Shown here in pieces: positions 39,046 to 49,286 of a DNA stretch of 64,000 nucleotides. The notes beneath the pieces were generated by a model. That model was not told the origin of the DNA and made no database searches. It saw nothing but the letters and a program-made list of their open reading frames with translations. The translations under genes and the position numbers were made by a program. The stretch covers positions 1,184,001 to 1,248,000 of the forward strand of contig CP147779.1 of assembly GCA_037308085.1 (NCBI GenBank). The letters are read 5' to 3'. Source of the DNA: Promethearchaeati archaeon SRVP18_Atabeyarchaeia-1 (GTDB lineage: Archaea > Asgardarchaeota > Atabeyarchaeia > Atabeyarchaeales > Atabeyarchaeaceae). Each line of letters begins with the position of its first letter. Positions within the stretch are counted from its first letter, which is position 1.

Positions 39046-40233
39046 TTGGAGAATAGATTCGACCCTAACCAGTTCGTACGCACCGAGATACAGGAGATCA
39101 GGGACGTCGTAAAGGAAGGGAAAGTCCTCCTATGTTGCAGTGGAGGGGTCTGCAGCAACGTCATGGCTACGCTCTTTCGGAAAACCGCCGAACAACCTAA
39201 TGTCACCTCGGTCCTCATCGACACGGGCTTCTTGAGAGAAAAGGAAGTTGAGACTGTTTCGGAGATGCTGTCGAGGGCTCCAATGAAGCTGAACCTACAA
39301 GTCGTTGATGCAAGAAGGAAATTCATGAAAGCTGTCGAACAGAGTGAAACTGGAATAGAGAAACGAAAGGCGTTTTGCGAGGTCTTCTACGCAACTCTCA
39401 GCGAACTTGCAGAAAGAGAGCAAGCAGAATTTGTAGCACTTGGAACAAGTGCAACCCCCAAGGCTTCTACAAGCCAGATTCCCCAACTCTCTTCAATAAA
39501 CAAGCCGCGGAGTGACTCGGTCAAGAGGTTTGAGCCACTAGCCTCGCTAGACAGATGCCAGGTAAAGCAAGTCGCGGAGGCATTGGACCTTCCGCCAAGA
39601 CTCTCAGACTTGGTTCCATTCCCATCTATGGGACTGTTGATACGCGCAATCGGAAGAATAAGTGATGAGAAGATAAGGACAGCAAGAGAAGCAACAAGTG
39701 TAGTGGAGGATGAGCTTCAGCACATCAGACCCAGCCAGTACTTTGCCGCCGTACTTGACAACAAAGATGACAACTACGAGAAGATCGACAAAGTGAGAGA
39801 GAAGGTCTCCGACCTGTTCGACGTTGCCCCCAGTCAAGTTGACATCGTAATCCCTCAAAGCAGAGTATCTGCCCTAGTTGACAAGACAAGAGTATACCTA
39901 CGGGCATCAGCGGCGAGGGTAACACTTCTCGGATCTAAGGAGACGCTTGAGCCAGACTACGACGATCTCAGCAATTTCCCAATAGAATTCAACGAGAAAT
40001 ACAAGGACTTCGCAAGATGCCTTTACAGCGTCACAAGGAAACCGAAGAACGGGAAGTACATAGTCGTCGTCAGAGCAGTGTCGACAGAGGACTTCAGCAA
40101 GGCAATTATAGCCAAACTCGAGTGGAGCAAACTCTATTCAATCGCAGAGAGGATCATGGATGAATGTAGTAAGGTCGCATCAGTATACTACGACGTGACA
40201 CCGAAGCCTCCGGCAACAATAGAGCTGGAATAA
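39046..40233 (+). CDS. GMP synthase ATP-pyrophosphatase subunit-like protein with degenerate active site
   Basis: SGGVCS, DTGFLR, EKRK, EPL, PFPSMGL, YDVTPKPPATIELE. Confidence 0.8.
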   Translation: MENRFDPNQFVRTEIQEIRDVVKEGKVLLCCSGGVCSNVMATLFRKTAEQPNVTSVLIDTGFLREKEVETVSEMLSRAPMKLNLQVVDARRKFMKAVEQSETGIEKRKAFCEVFYATLSELAEREQAEFVALGTSATPKASTSQIPQLSSINKPRSDSVKRFEPLASLDRCQVKQVAEALDLPPRLSDLVPFPSMGLLIRAIGRISDEKIRTAREATSVVEDELQHIRPSQYFAAVLDNKDDNYEKIDKVREKVSDLFDVAPSQVDIVIPQSRVSALVDKTRVYLRASAARVTLLGSKETLEPDYDDLSNFPIEFNEKYKDFARCLYSVTRKPKNGKYIVVVRAVSTEDFSKAIIAKLEWSKLYSIAERIMDECSKVASVYYDVTPKPPATIELE

Positions 40234-40278
40234 GGAACGATAAATAGAAGCACCCAGACCCAGAGGTCATCGGCACAT

Positions 40279-41292
40279 TCATCTCTCGAGGACTTCCCCG
40301 AATGCCTCACCGACAATTTTCCATGCTAAATCAGGTTTCGTACAGCTAATTGTCGTCCCCTTTGTAGCTCTGTACGACCAGCAGAATATACTGTCCACCT
40401 TTTTTCCGCCAAAATCAATCCCGTCAATCAACTTGATTGTCTGCTTGACCTCCTCCGTCTTGAATGCTGGAACAGCAAACAGCTGGACCCATATCTGCGA
40501 CATCTTGCCGTATTCCTTACAGAGTTTCAGAGCTTTCGTAGTTACTTCTGTCACATAAGGACGCATCGCTGGTTTGCCGAAGACGTAAGGATATGGGTCG
40601 GTGCTTAGTACGTCGATCTCCTTGGCTGAGGCGATCTTTGACCAGTCTCCTATCCCAGATGCTTCCCCCCCGCCAGGGAGCAGGCACGTGATTACTTTTT
40701 TGCCCGGGTCCATCGACTTCACTAGGCGCGCAGCTTCAAGCAGGAGCGCCACCAACGAGTCTTCTCGGAATCTGCGAACATCATCGGTCAGGTCTTTTGG
40801 CATTTCGTAGCCGAACTTCTCCTTGAACAGCTGCTGGCAAGTCGGACAACGGCACGTCCATTCCTTCGACGACGGCACTGCGTAGTGGGGTTCGTCTTGG
40901 AAAAGGTATTCCCAGGTAAGGTCCCTCACAAATGCCTTAACCCACGTCAGATAATAATCTCTAAATCCCGTATTGATGCATGCTGCTGCACATGCTCTCC
41001 CGCTTTCTGCCATGACTTGGCGGCAATCTTCATGGTCCTGAAGAAAGGCTGAGATAGGCTCACCTCCGAAGACTTTGCCGAAACCCCACAGGCTAATGTG
41101 AACACTCAGATCAAATTCCTTCTTGGCTATTCGTGAGATTTCCTTGATCGCCGGCCACCAGTGCTCGCAGTCGAATTCACTCACGGATAGCAACACAGAG
41201 TTGCAGTTGTGGGCAGCCATCTCTCTGAAGTCCTCGCGTGCATGATCAACTTGAGTACAACCATAGTATGCTACGCCTGTTTCGCGCACCAA
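40279..41292 (-). CDS. Glycoside-hydrolase-like TIM-barrel protein with CxCxxC motif
   Basis: AC.N, DEPH, CRCPTC..LF..KFG, TDPY; resembles GH42-like domains. Confidence 0.65.
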   Translation of the reverse strand: MVRETGVAYYGCTQVDHAREDFREMAAHNCNSVLLSVSEFDCEHWWPAIKEISRIAKKEFDLSVHISLWGFGKVFGGEPISAFLQDHEDCRQVMAESGRACAAACINTGFRDYYLTWVKAFVRDLTWEYLFQDEPHYAVPSSKEWTCRCPTCQQLFKEKFGYEMPKDLTDDVRRFREDSLVALLLEAARLVKSMDPGKKVITCLLPGGGEASGIGDWSKIASAKEIDVLSTDPYPYVFGKPAMRPYVTEVTTKALKLCKEYGKMSQIWVQLFAVPAFKTEEVKQTIKLIDGIDFGGKKVDSIFCWSYRATKGTTISCTKPDLAWKIVGEAFGEVLER

Positions 41293-41504
41293 AGGGACCA
41301 GTCCTCCTTCTGATTCAGATGCTACTCTGATCTGCGAATAGTTGATAGTGTGCTATGTGGCTATTGTAGTTTTCCTTACTGAGTGTCCCCCCGCCCATAC
41401 CTCCAGACGGCAGGGCTTACAGCCAAGGACTGCTCCGAAGCACCTATTGTCCCAGTTGAGAGTGGGATAAATAGCAGTGCTATCCTATTCTCTCTTGATC
41501 TAGA

Positions 41505-42332
41505 TTGTGGGTTGTGAGGCAGTTGTCATTCGAGGAGTTCATGAGACAAGGATTCATATTGCTCGACAAGGAAGACTTTGGTGGGGCAATAGAATCATTC
41601 AGAAACGCCGTCAGAATAGAACCGATGAATCCTGACGGATGGTTCTATTTGGGGGAAGCTTACAAAGGAAAAGGGAAGCTCGGTGACGCAATAAGATCCT
41701 TGAAGAAAGTTCTCGGCATGAAACCAAACGACGTGTCTGCCTGGCTCGAACTTGGTGATGCCTATAGGTCGAAAGGGAAGCGAGACAATGAGATAGAGTC
41801 CTACGTGAAGGCAACTCGGCTTGATCCAAGCAGTGAAACCGCATGGTTTGCGCTGGGAGGCGCATACGGCGAAATTGGTCAGCATGACGAGGCGGGAAAA
41901 TGCTTTGAGAAGGCCGTATCCATTGACAAGACCTTCTTCGAAGCTTGGTACAACCTGGGTGTCACACACGGGATCAGAGGAGCCCACGACAAGGAAATTG
42001 ACTGCTACAAGAAGGCGCTGGAGGTAAATCCAAAGTACTCCCTATCTTGGATGAATCTAGGGGTAGAATATGGGAGAATAAGCGAGCACGGCAAAGAAAT
42101 AGTGTGCTACGAGGCATTACTCTCAATCGACGCCCAAGATTCCTGTGGGTGGTATAATCTGGGGATGGCTTACCTCAGCATCGAGAAAGAGGGAAGAGCA
42201 CTCTATTGCTTTGATAGGGCAGGCAAGCTTGGCCTACAAGAAGCGCTGAAAGAAACCGCTAGACTCTTGGGGCGCGGAGTGAAGAGCGAGGAGTTCGAGC
42301 CAAGGGTCGGCAGTCTTCACGACCTATCATGA
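41505..42332 (+). CDS. TPR repeat protein
   Basis: Repeated W..LG..Y...G....AI..Y.KA...P units. Confidence 0.92.
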   Translation: MWVVRQLSFEEFMRQGFILLDKEDFGGAIESFRNAVRIEPMNPDGWFYLGEAYKGKGKLGDAIRSLKKVLGMKPNDVSAWLELGDAYRSKGKRDNEIESYVKATRLDPSSETAWFALGGAYGEIGQHDEAGKCFEKAVSIDKTFFEAWYNLGVTHGIRGAHDKEIDCYKKALEVNPKYSLSWMNLGVEYGRISEHGKEIVCYEALLSIDAQDSCGWYNLGMAYLSIEKEGRALYCFDRAGKLGLQEALKETARLLGRGVKSEEFEPRVGSLHDLS

Positions 42333-42651
42333 TCTGTTGCGACTCTCTCAACTTCCTAACCTCAGCTAGTGTGATATCATGCCACCGGAAGCGAATGTGC
42401 CTTATAACATGCCATCATTTTCATTTTGGTCGAGCAAAATGACAAGTTTTCGCATGTGTCACTGCATAATGAATATATGCATTGGCACCCCCAACCTAGT
42501 TAGTTGGCGTCACTCAGCGTGTGAGTCACCCCCTCCTGAGGATGCCAATGAAATGCACTTAGCGAATACTGCTCCGTGAGATACTGAAGGATCATATGGA
42601 AACCATCGCGGCGGGGAAAGTAGCGCACAACGCCAAAAATGTATCAAAGAG

Positions 42652-43080
42652 ATGCATAAGGGAATGACCTCCAACTCAGACGGGAAAGGCACGTTCGCTC
42701 AGCAGACAGCAGAAGCTTCCAGAGTGGAGAAGGAAATGGGAGAATCAACGACAGGCGCGCAAACCACTGAAGAGATCTTCGCAAAGGTTATGAACGTGCT
42801 AAACGAGATGGGTTTTCGCAACCTGAGCGTGGAGAGAAGCGAAGACTTCACCGGAAGGATCGACGCGATTTTCACAAGGCAGACTGGCTTAGGAGAGAAG
42901 GGCAGTTCCGGTTACCTAAGGATTCTGTCGGTTTGCCGCGTTGGCGGAGAGATACATGTCGAATTGTGCAACTTCCTAAGGGAATTCTCTTCAGACGACT
43001 TGGAGATGAGCGAAATAAGAAACTCTCTCGAGAAGCTCTTTGGATCGAATAAGCACTTAAAGATGGACATACATGAATAG
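42652..43080 (+). CDS. Hypothetical protein (start may be 42736)
   Basis: Intact ORF with protein-like composition; no family recognised. Confidence 0.55.
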   Translation: MHKGMTSNSDGKGTFAQQTAEASRVEKEMGESTTGAQTTEEIFAKVMNVLNEMGFRNLSVERSEDFTGRIDAIFTRQTGLGEKGSSGYLRILSVCRVGGEIHVELCNFLREFSSDDLEMSEIRNSLEKLFGSNKHLKMDIHE

Positions 43081-43144
43081 TGACCAGAGCCAGGATGCCA
43101 ATTCGCGTGTAGCAGAGCACAGACGCGAGTCTGTGGTGCCGAAT

Positions 43145-46006
43145 CTATCTTACATCTCGCTTTCCCTTGGGAGGAAAAGAATTCTTCACTATTTCGCCTA
43201 CTAGGAGCGGAATGCAGCTCACCAGCAATATGATCAGCCAGTCCATGGCGGCTGGTGCGGTCGTTTCGATAATTGCATCTATTGCCGGCGTGTATAAAAC
43301 TAGTAGCTGAAGTAGTATTGAGGATAGTACCGCGACGTTCAGGTACTTGTTCTTAAAGAAGCCGATCTTGGACACCGGATACTTTTCAGACCTGCAGGTA
43401 TATACGTTGAACATCTCGAACATGACCATGACCGTGAATGCCATCGTCATGGCACTTATGTATTGAGGCGTGGGCGACTCAGGTGTGCCAGTGAGACTTG
43501 GGTTGTACATGTAGAAGACAGGCAGGATTGCCAGAGGCATCAACATGGCCACGCCGAAGATCATCTTCTTTATTCTGCCTGAAAAGATGCTCTCTCTTGG
43601 ATCTCTTGGTGGTCTATTCATTATGTCCATTTCAGGCGGATCTATCGCGAGTGCCAATGCTGGCAATCCATCAGTTACAAGATTCACCCATAGAAGTTGC
43701 AGTGCTATGAGCGGAAGAGGAAAGCCTAGAACGCTTGCTATGAAGAGAGTAAGGACCTCTCCAACGTTGCTTGAAAGCAGATACATGAGGTACTTCTTAA
43801 TGTTGTCGTAAATGCCTCTTCCTTCCTCTACAGCCGCGACGATCGTTGCAAAGTTGTCATCTGACAAAACCATGTCTGCGGCTTCCTTTGTTACATCTGT
43901 TCCCGTGATTCCCATCGCGACTCCGATATCAGAGTTCTTCAGTGCTGGCGCGTCATTTACGCCATCTCCTGTCATTGCCACGACGTGCCCGTTGGCTTTC
44001 AGAGCTTTGACAATTCGAAGTTTGTGTTCTGGTGACACCCTTGCGTATACCGTTACATCGTTTGCAATTCTTGTTAATTCCTTTTCACTTATCTTATCAA
44101 GTTCGGCGCCAGTTAGAATTCTGGGCCTGGCGCTATCCTCTGGCGGATCTTTTCTTGGGTTCTTTAGATCACCAATCGTACGCGATTGGTCAAATAGCCC
44201 AAGCTCCCTAGCAACCGCTTCAGCGGTTAGCTTATGATCTCCGGTGATCATGACGACTTTGATTCCCGCGGTTTTACACTTCTGCACCGCTTCCTTGGCC
44301 TCAAGTCGCGGTGGATCAATCATTCCTACAAGACCTATGAACACCAGTTCTTTTTCAGTCTCCGCGGCGGTGAGCTTGCCTTGTGGTGCACTCGCCGTTC
44401 GTCGATAGGCTACCCCCAGAACACGTAGTGCTTTCGAAGTCATGGTCTCATTTGCATTCATTATCGACTTTCTGACTTCCTGGCTCAGCTCTTCCTCCTC
44501 ACCTGCTTTCAGGTATCGGGTTGAGAGATCAAGAATGATTTCTGGAGCTCCCTTTACGCATATGATGAATCCTTTCCCCTCTGGATGGATGGTTGACATC
44601 CTCTTCCTTTCGGACTCAAACGGAAGTTCTCCTACGCGTTGGCGCGTCGTATCTAGCTCCTCCTTGTTCACGCCTGCTTTTGTCGCTGCTACAAGTATCG
44701 CAGCCTCCGTAGTGTCTCCCGTGACACGCCAAGACTTGCTTTCGTAGATGAGTTGCGAGTCGTTGCAAAGTGATCCAACAGTTAGAAGTTTCATCAGGTT
44801 CCTGTCAGTGCTAGGATTGATTTTCCTGCTATCGCGCAGAAACTCGCCAGCAGGCGTCACACCAACCCCGGTCACATCTATGAACCCGTCTGCAGTGAAG
44901 ATTCTTTGGACAGTCATCTCATTTCTGGTCAAGGTTCCCGTTTTGTCCGAACAGATCACAGTGGCGCATCCAAGGGTCTCAACAGCTGGTAGCTTTCTGA
45001 TGATGGCATTATGCCTCGCCATGCGGCGCATCCCTATGGCAAGCGATCCTGTGACGACAGCGGGCAGAGCTTCCGGAATGGCTGCGACCGCGAGACTTAT
45101 GGCCCATATGAACATGCCTAAGGGATCAAGCTCACCTCTAAGAAAGCCGAATGTGGCCACAGATCCCACAACAAACAAGAACGCTATTCCTAGCCACCTG
45201 CCCACTGACCGAAGCCTCTCCTCAAGTGGAGTTTCCCTCTTCTCGGATTCTTCCAGCATCGTTGCTATCTTACCGAATTCGGTATTCATGGCTGTGGCGA
45301 CCACGACGGCCTTGGCCCTTCCATAGGTCACAATTGTCGAGGAGAATAGCATGTTTTTCCTATCTTGAATCTGAACGTCTCTCTCAAGTGTCTTGGCGGC
45401 CTTCTCTACCGGCGTCGACTCGCCCGTCAGGACAGCTTCATCAACCCTTAGATTCGCTTCTTGAAGTATCCTCGCGTCGGCAGGGATCTTGGTTCCCGCA
45501 TCCAGGACTAGAACATCACCGGGCACAATCTCCCTGGATTCGACAACCGACTCGACGCCGTTCCGCAAAACCTTCGCCTTCGGGGCTGCCATTCTCTTTA
45601 GAGCTTCCATCGACTGCTCTGCACGGTACTCCTGACTGAATCCAAGAGCAGCGCTAGCCACGACAATGATGAGTATGACAACCGAATCCAGGGGAAACTC
45701 ATTCTTAGCCAAATCAACGGCGCCGGATATTATGATCCCTATGATCAGAATTGCCATCAGGAGACTGGTGAACTGCTTCAGGAACAGCTTCAGTGAAGAT
45801 CGCTTTCTTGCAGATATGATCTCATTGAACCCATACTCCCCAAGCCGAGTCCCAGCCTCCTCTGTCCCCAATCCCTTCTCAGTGCTGCCAAGAGCTCTGA
45901 GAACATCGCTAGAACCCATCAGATGCCACTTCGCCTTTTCCTCCAAGGCAGCGCCTTGTCGTGCGGCAATCTCAGGTTCCTTAGCAGGCATTCTAGTTTC
46001 ACACAC
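43145..46006 (-). CDS. P-type ATPase, type IIA (Ca2+-transporting, SERCA/PMR1-like)
   Basis: TGES, AIPEALP, DKTGT, KGAPE, DPPR, GDGVND, WVNLVTDG. Confidence 0.95.
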   Translation of the reverse strand: MCETRMPAKEPEIAARQGAALEEKAKWHLMGSSDVLRALGSTEKGLGTEEAGTRLGEYGFNEIISARKRSSLKLFLKQFTSLLMAILIIGIIISGAVDLAKNEFPLDSVVILIIVVASAALGFSQEYRAEQSMEALKRMAAPKAKVLRNGVESVVESREIVPGDVLVLDAGTKIPADARILQEANLRVDEAVLTGESTPVEKAAKTLERDVQIQDRKNMLFSSTIVTYGRAKAVVVATAMNTEFGKIATMLEESEKRETPLEERLRSVGRWLGIAFLFVVGSVATFGFLRGELDPLGMFIWAISLAVAAIPEALPAVVTGSLAIGMRRMARHNAIIRKLPAVETLGCATVICSDKTGTLTRNEMTVQRIFTADGFIDVTGVGVTPAGEFLRDSRKINPSTDRNLMKLLTVGSLCNDSQLIYESKSWRVTGDTTEAAILVAATKAGVNKEELDTTRQRVGELPFESERKRMSTIHPEGKGFIICVKGAPEIILDLSTRYLKAGEEEELSQEVRKSIMNANETMTSKALRVLGVAYRRTASAPQGKLTAAETEKELVFIGLVGMIDPPRLEAKEAVQKCKTAGIKVVMITGDHKLTAEAVARELGLFDQSRTIGDLKNPRKDPPEDSARPRILTGAELDKISEKELTRIANDVTVYARVSPEHKLRIVKALKANGHVVAMTGDGVNDAPALKNSDIGVAMGITGTDVTKEAADMVLSDDNFATIVAAVEEGRGIYDNIKKYLMYLLSSNVGEVLTLFIASVLGFPLPLIALQLLWVNLVTDGLPALALAIDPPEMDIMNRPPRDPRESIFSGRIKKMIFGVAMLMPLAILPVFYMYNPSLTGTPESPTPQYISAMTMAFTVMVMFEMFNVYTCRSEKYPVSKIGFFKNKYLNVAVLSSILLQLLVLYTPAIDAIIETTAPAAMDWLIILLVSCIPLLVGEIVKNSFPPKGKRDVR

Positions 46007-46619
46007 CTAGCGGCCAGCAATGAGAGTGGAACTAATGTATCCTTCTATGCTAGTCCACCATGGATAAATGTGTCGACCAACGTCAAGAGAAACATGTGCG
46101 TCAGGCTTTTTAAAATCTTGTTTTGAAGAGCTCGTCTTCTGTGGTTATCAGTCTTAGGAAAGCAGCTGTCTTAGCGGCTGCTGACAAACTAGCACAGGGC
46201 CTAACAGAAAAAGCGAAGCAGTGTGCGCGCTAATTAGATTCTATGACGAATCTTGTTCGCTAAGCCAGTCCCACTCCCCCCGAGAATGTTTTGATATTAG
46301 TATATTAGTGACAAACCACACAATTATCACAGTCACCTCAAGGATCCCGGGAGAGCAGTACATAGTAAGGTTTGCCCGTCACACTTGCATTGGGCTGATG
46401 CCAGCTACGGCGGCAGAGAATTCGGACCGAAAGTCCATGACACGGTAGTCACGTCCCTAAGAGAGATAATGAGTTCACCGTAAAAGAGAGATTGGAACAG
46501 TCAGTCCACGGACAGTCTTCTCCTATGAGGAACACGTGGACTCTGAGATTGCCCGCCCCTAGCAGAGTTCCATTAGACGAACAGAACAGAGTTGCCTGCT
46601 GCTTTGAAGGGGAAATCGT

Positions 46620-46829
46620 CTAGGCTTTCTGGTACCTAATCGTGATTGCCCCCGTCGGACAAGAGAATTCGCAAGCAGTTTCCCTGCATTGGCTGCAAAG
46701 TCGCTGATCAGTCAGTACAGCCCTGCCCCCAACTAGTTTCAGCGCGTTCTTTGAGCAGTTTCTTATGCATTCTCCGCTACCAACGCAAGTGTCAGGGTCT
46801 ATCACAGGTATTTTCATGAGTTTAGCCAT
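46620..46829 (-). CDS. Ferredoxin (dicluster type, variant ligands)
   Basis: CVGSGECIRNC and CSQCRETACEFSCPTGAI. Confidence 0.85.
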   Translation of the reverse strand: MAKLMKIPVIDPDTCVGSGECIRNCSKNALKLVGGRAVLTDQRLCSQCRETACEFSCPTGAITIRYQKA

Positions 46830-47012
46830 TCTGTTTCCCCTACCATCACAGACGGTAGCTTTGAATTCCTTAGGGACGCCTTATGAATATATCCTTTTGC
46901 TAGTTCTTGGCGCGAACAGACGATTGGTCTCTCATCTCTCTTTAACGCTTAACGTTGTGTAGGTAACACGTACATCACTCATCGCCAGCAGAAAAGCAAA
47001 CTCGAGAAAGGA

Positions 47013-47129
47013 GGGCCACGGCGGCTTGACTCTGACACCGCCATGCATTACAGGCTTTCGATCGCTTTGCACGCAACCTTGCGGGGATAGCCTTAAACCC
47101 CGCGCCATCATCGGAGGATTTCCGATCCC
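47013..47129 (-). ncRNA. Candidate ~117-nt multi-hairpin RNA
   Basis: Four consecutive hairpins, G-U pairs on the - strand, AATATATT box at 47154-47147 upstream. Confidence 0.45.
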
Positions 47130-47298
47130 ACGCGAGCAACAACGCCAATATATTTGTCAGGCTAACGTCTGGAATGCGCCAGTCCTTCAAAACAGGAAAC
47201 AATACCAGAAAACCAAGCGGCACATGGAGCAGACGTACGCTCACACAGTAATGAAGAAAGACAGTTGCATAGAAATAAGAAAAGCCGGTACCTATTCT

Positions 47299-47556
47299 CT
47301 ATTTCTTACTCGGCTTCACCGCAGTCTTCTTCGCAGGCTCCTTGTTGGCTTTCTCCTTCTTTTCTGCCCCCTTCTTTGCGGATTTGCGGCAAGCTCCCGT
47401 TGGACACACGTCGACACAGGCCCAGATATCCGTGCATTTCTCGGGATGTGCCAGAACTGATTTCTCTTCACTATCCATTTCGAGAGCGTTGTTGGGGCAG
47501 GCCTGCACACAAGCTTGGCAGCCAATGCAGGTCTCCCTGTCAATTTCTGGTGGGAT
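47299..47556 (-). CDS. Ferredoxin with Lys-rich tail; ATC at the start position
   Basis: PPEIDRETCIGCQACVQACP...CTDIWACVDVCPTG; GGTGA SD 6 nt before ATC; in-frame TGA just upstream. Confidence 0.85.
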   Translation of the reverse strand: MPPEIDRETCIGCQACVQACPNNALEMDSEEKSVLAHPEKCTDIWACVDVCPTGACRKSAKKGAEKKEKANKEPAKKTAVKPSKK

Positions 47557-47693
47557 ACGACATCACCTTCCAATCCATCTGTGTGATGATACCTCCATCA
47601 TCGATCATCTAATAAGACTTTCCTTGTTACGGGAATGAGAGTGGAAGAGTCTGCACTCCTCTCTTGCACACATCTGATGCGAGTCGCAGGAGG

Positions 47694-49085
47694 TCACCGA
47701 TTAACTCGCTGATCCCTCTTCTTCACATGATCCCTGATGAGTCTCTCAAATTCGTCTTTCGGCACAACTAAGCATCTACGGATTCCCTGGCGTACCATGG
47801 TGGCCTTGAGTTTTCCGCGCTGGCACCAACTGTTCAATGTTCTGCGTGAGATGTGCGCCATCCTCGAAACATCTATGAGCTTCACGCCTTCGCTCTCAAT
47901 TCTCCTAGTCTCTTCTCTCTGTTGCTCTGCCTTCCGCAATACTCTCTCAAGTCTTGCAATTTCGCTTTGCTGAACCACAAGATACTTTAGACTTCCTTCA
48001 CGCACAAAAGCGGTCTCAAGTTTTCCTTGCTGATGCCATCGCAACAGTGACGGATATGAAATGCCTAACATTCCAGCTAGATTCATGAGTCTTACTCCAT
48101 GTCTTCTGATCCTCTTTGTCTTATCTTCCTCTATGAGAGCTTCCTGTTCGACTCTTTTGGCTTCATCCACCGGGATATAGTACCAAGATAGCGACGATTT
48201 GCCCAGGGCCAGTTTCTTCCTGAGATGTCTTATCCTTCCAGATTTGATCCATCTCTCCACGGTGAGATAACTAACGTTTAGCATGCGGGCAACTTGGCCG
48301 GTCGTCAAATAGCCTCTTCTCTCGCTTCTACACTCATCTACTCTCTTCAACCAATCAACAGCCTTGTACGAGAACTCAGCGATTCCTGCATCAAGCAACG
48401 CTATTATTCCAAGTTTCCGAATATAAAGAACAGTAGGTCCATTGCTGCGGACACGTACACGTGTGCTCGCTGGAGCAAGGCACTCAACAAAGCCCTTTGC
48501 ATAACCAATGAGAAACAGATATCTGCTTTGGGTGATGCTCCATTTCCATTGACCGATTGCGCCAAAGCACGGTTTTTTCTCGCCTTTCTCGACACACACT
48601 TGGCAATTTCCGTCTCCATCAATAAGCCCTGCAATAAAAGGGATACCACACTCGACACTCGCCAACTTGTTCTCTTCAAGAAATCTATTCACTGCATCTG
48701 GGCTGTCTCTGAGAGCACTCTTCCTTGGAAGAAACTGAAATAGTGCTTTTGAGTAGGTTAACACAATCCACATGTCTTTCCGCTTGTCCTTGTGAATTTG
48801 CGGGTTTGAAGCGATTCGTCTCAGCAGTCCGGCTATCCTTCGAGCCAGCTCTAACTCATCTATGTTCAAACAGAAGCCAACGCGATACGAGTGGGACTTC
48901 CTCCTCATCGTTTTCTTGCCCAGATGGGAGTATCCGTCTGCAATGTATAACCCAAGCAAATAGGCCAACTCTTTCTTGGAAAGGGCAGTAATGTTTAGGC
49001 AGCGCGTTGGACACATATGTATTCTCACTCGTTTGCCCCGGTAGTAACCTGTGCCATAGAAAAATACGCTGATCATATGATACAA
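47694..49085 (-). CDS. Double-motif LAGLIDADG endonuclease fused to three MerR/excisionase-type HTH domains (start may be 49016)
   Basis: LAYLLGLYIADG and FIAGLIDGDG; YLTTGQVARMLNVS..TV.RW...G plus two similar units. Confidence 0.88.
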   Translation of the reverse strand: MYHMISVFFYGTGYYRGKRVRIHMCPTRCLNITALSKKELAYLLGLYIADGYSHLGKKTMRRKSHSYRVGFCLNIDELELARRIAGLLRRIASNPQIHKDKRKDMWIVLTYSKALFQFLPRKSALRDSPDAVNRFLEENKLASVECGIPFIAGLIDGDGNCQVCVEKGEKKPCFGAIGQWKWSITQSRYLFLIGYAKGFVECLAPASTRVRVRSNGPTVLYIRKLGIIALLDAGIAEFSYKAVDWLKRVDECRSERRGYLTTGQVARMLNVSYLTVERWIKSGRIRHLRKKLALGKSSLSWYYIPVDEAKRVEQEALIEEDKTKRIRRHGVRLMNLAGMLGISYPSLLRWHQQGKLETAFVREGSLKYLVVQQSEIARLERVLRKAEQQREETRRIESEGVKLIDVSRMAHISRRTLNSWCQRGKLKATMVRQGIRRCLVVPKDEFERLIRDHVKKRDQRVNR

Positions 49086-49151
49086 AGACCATGAGAACTA
49101 TGGCAACACATGAAAGAGCATAGTGCCGATAGCCCGATGGGTGAATCCAGG

Positions 49152-49286
49152 GTGAGTAGTCAATCTAAGACGACGATAGAGTTATCGATGGAAACTAGGA
49201 ATCGACTGAAGGCACTAGGCAGAAAGGGTGAAACATACGATCAAATTATAAAGAAGCTTCTGAGGCTGACCAAACAAGCCACATGA
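49152..49286 (+). CDS. Small RHH/antitoxin-like DNA-binding protein, 44 aa (not in the ORF track)
   Basis: MSSQSKTTIELSMETRNRLKALGRKGETYDQIIKKLL matches the archaeal TTI...T..RL...G..GETYD.II..L pattern. Confidence 0.8.
   Translation: MSSQSKTTIELSMETRNRLKALGRKGETYDQIIKKLLRLTKQAT

Noticed and set aside
42379-42579. ORF starting MPPE, like the ferredoxin
   Set aside because: Similarity stops after 4 residues and there is no Cys motif.
46019-47646. Exact repeat aatgagagtggaa at ~46019 and ~47634
   Set aside because: A 13-mer match is expected many times by chance in 64 kb.
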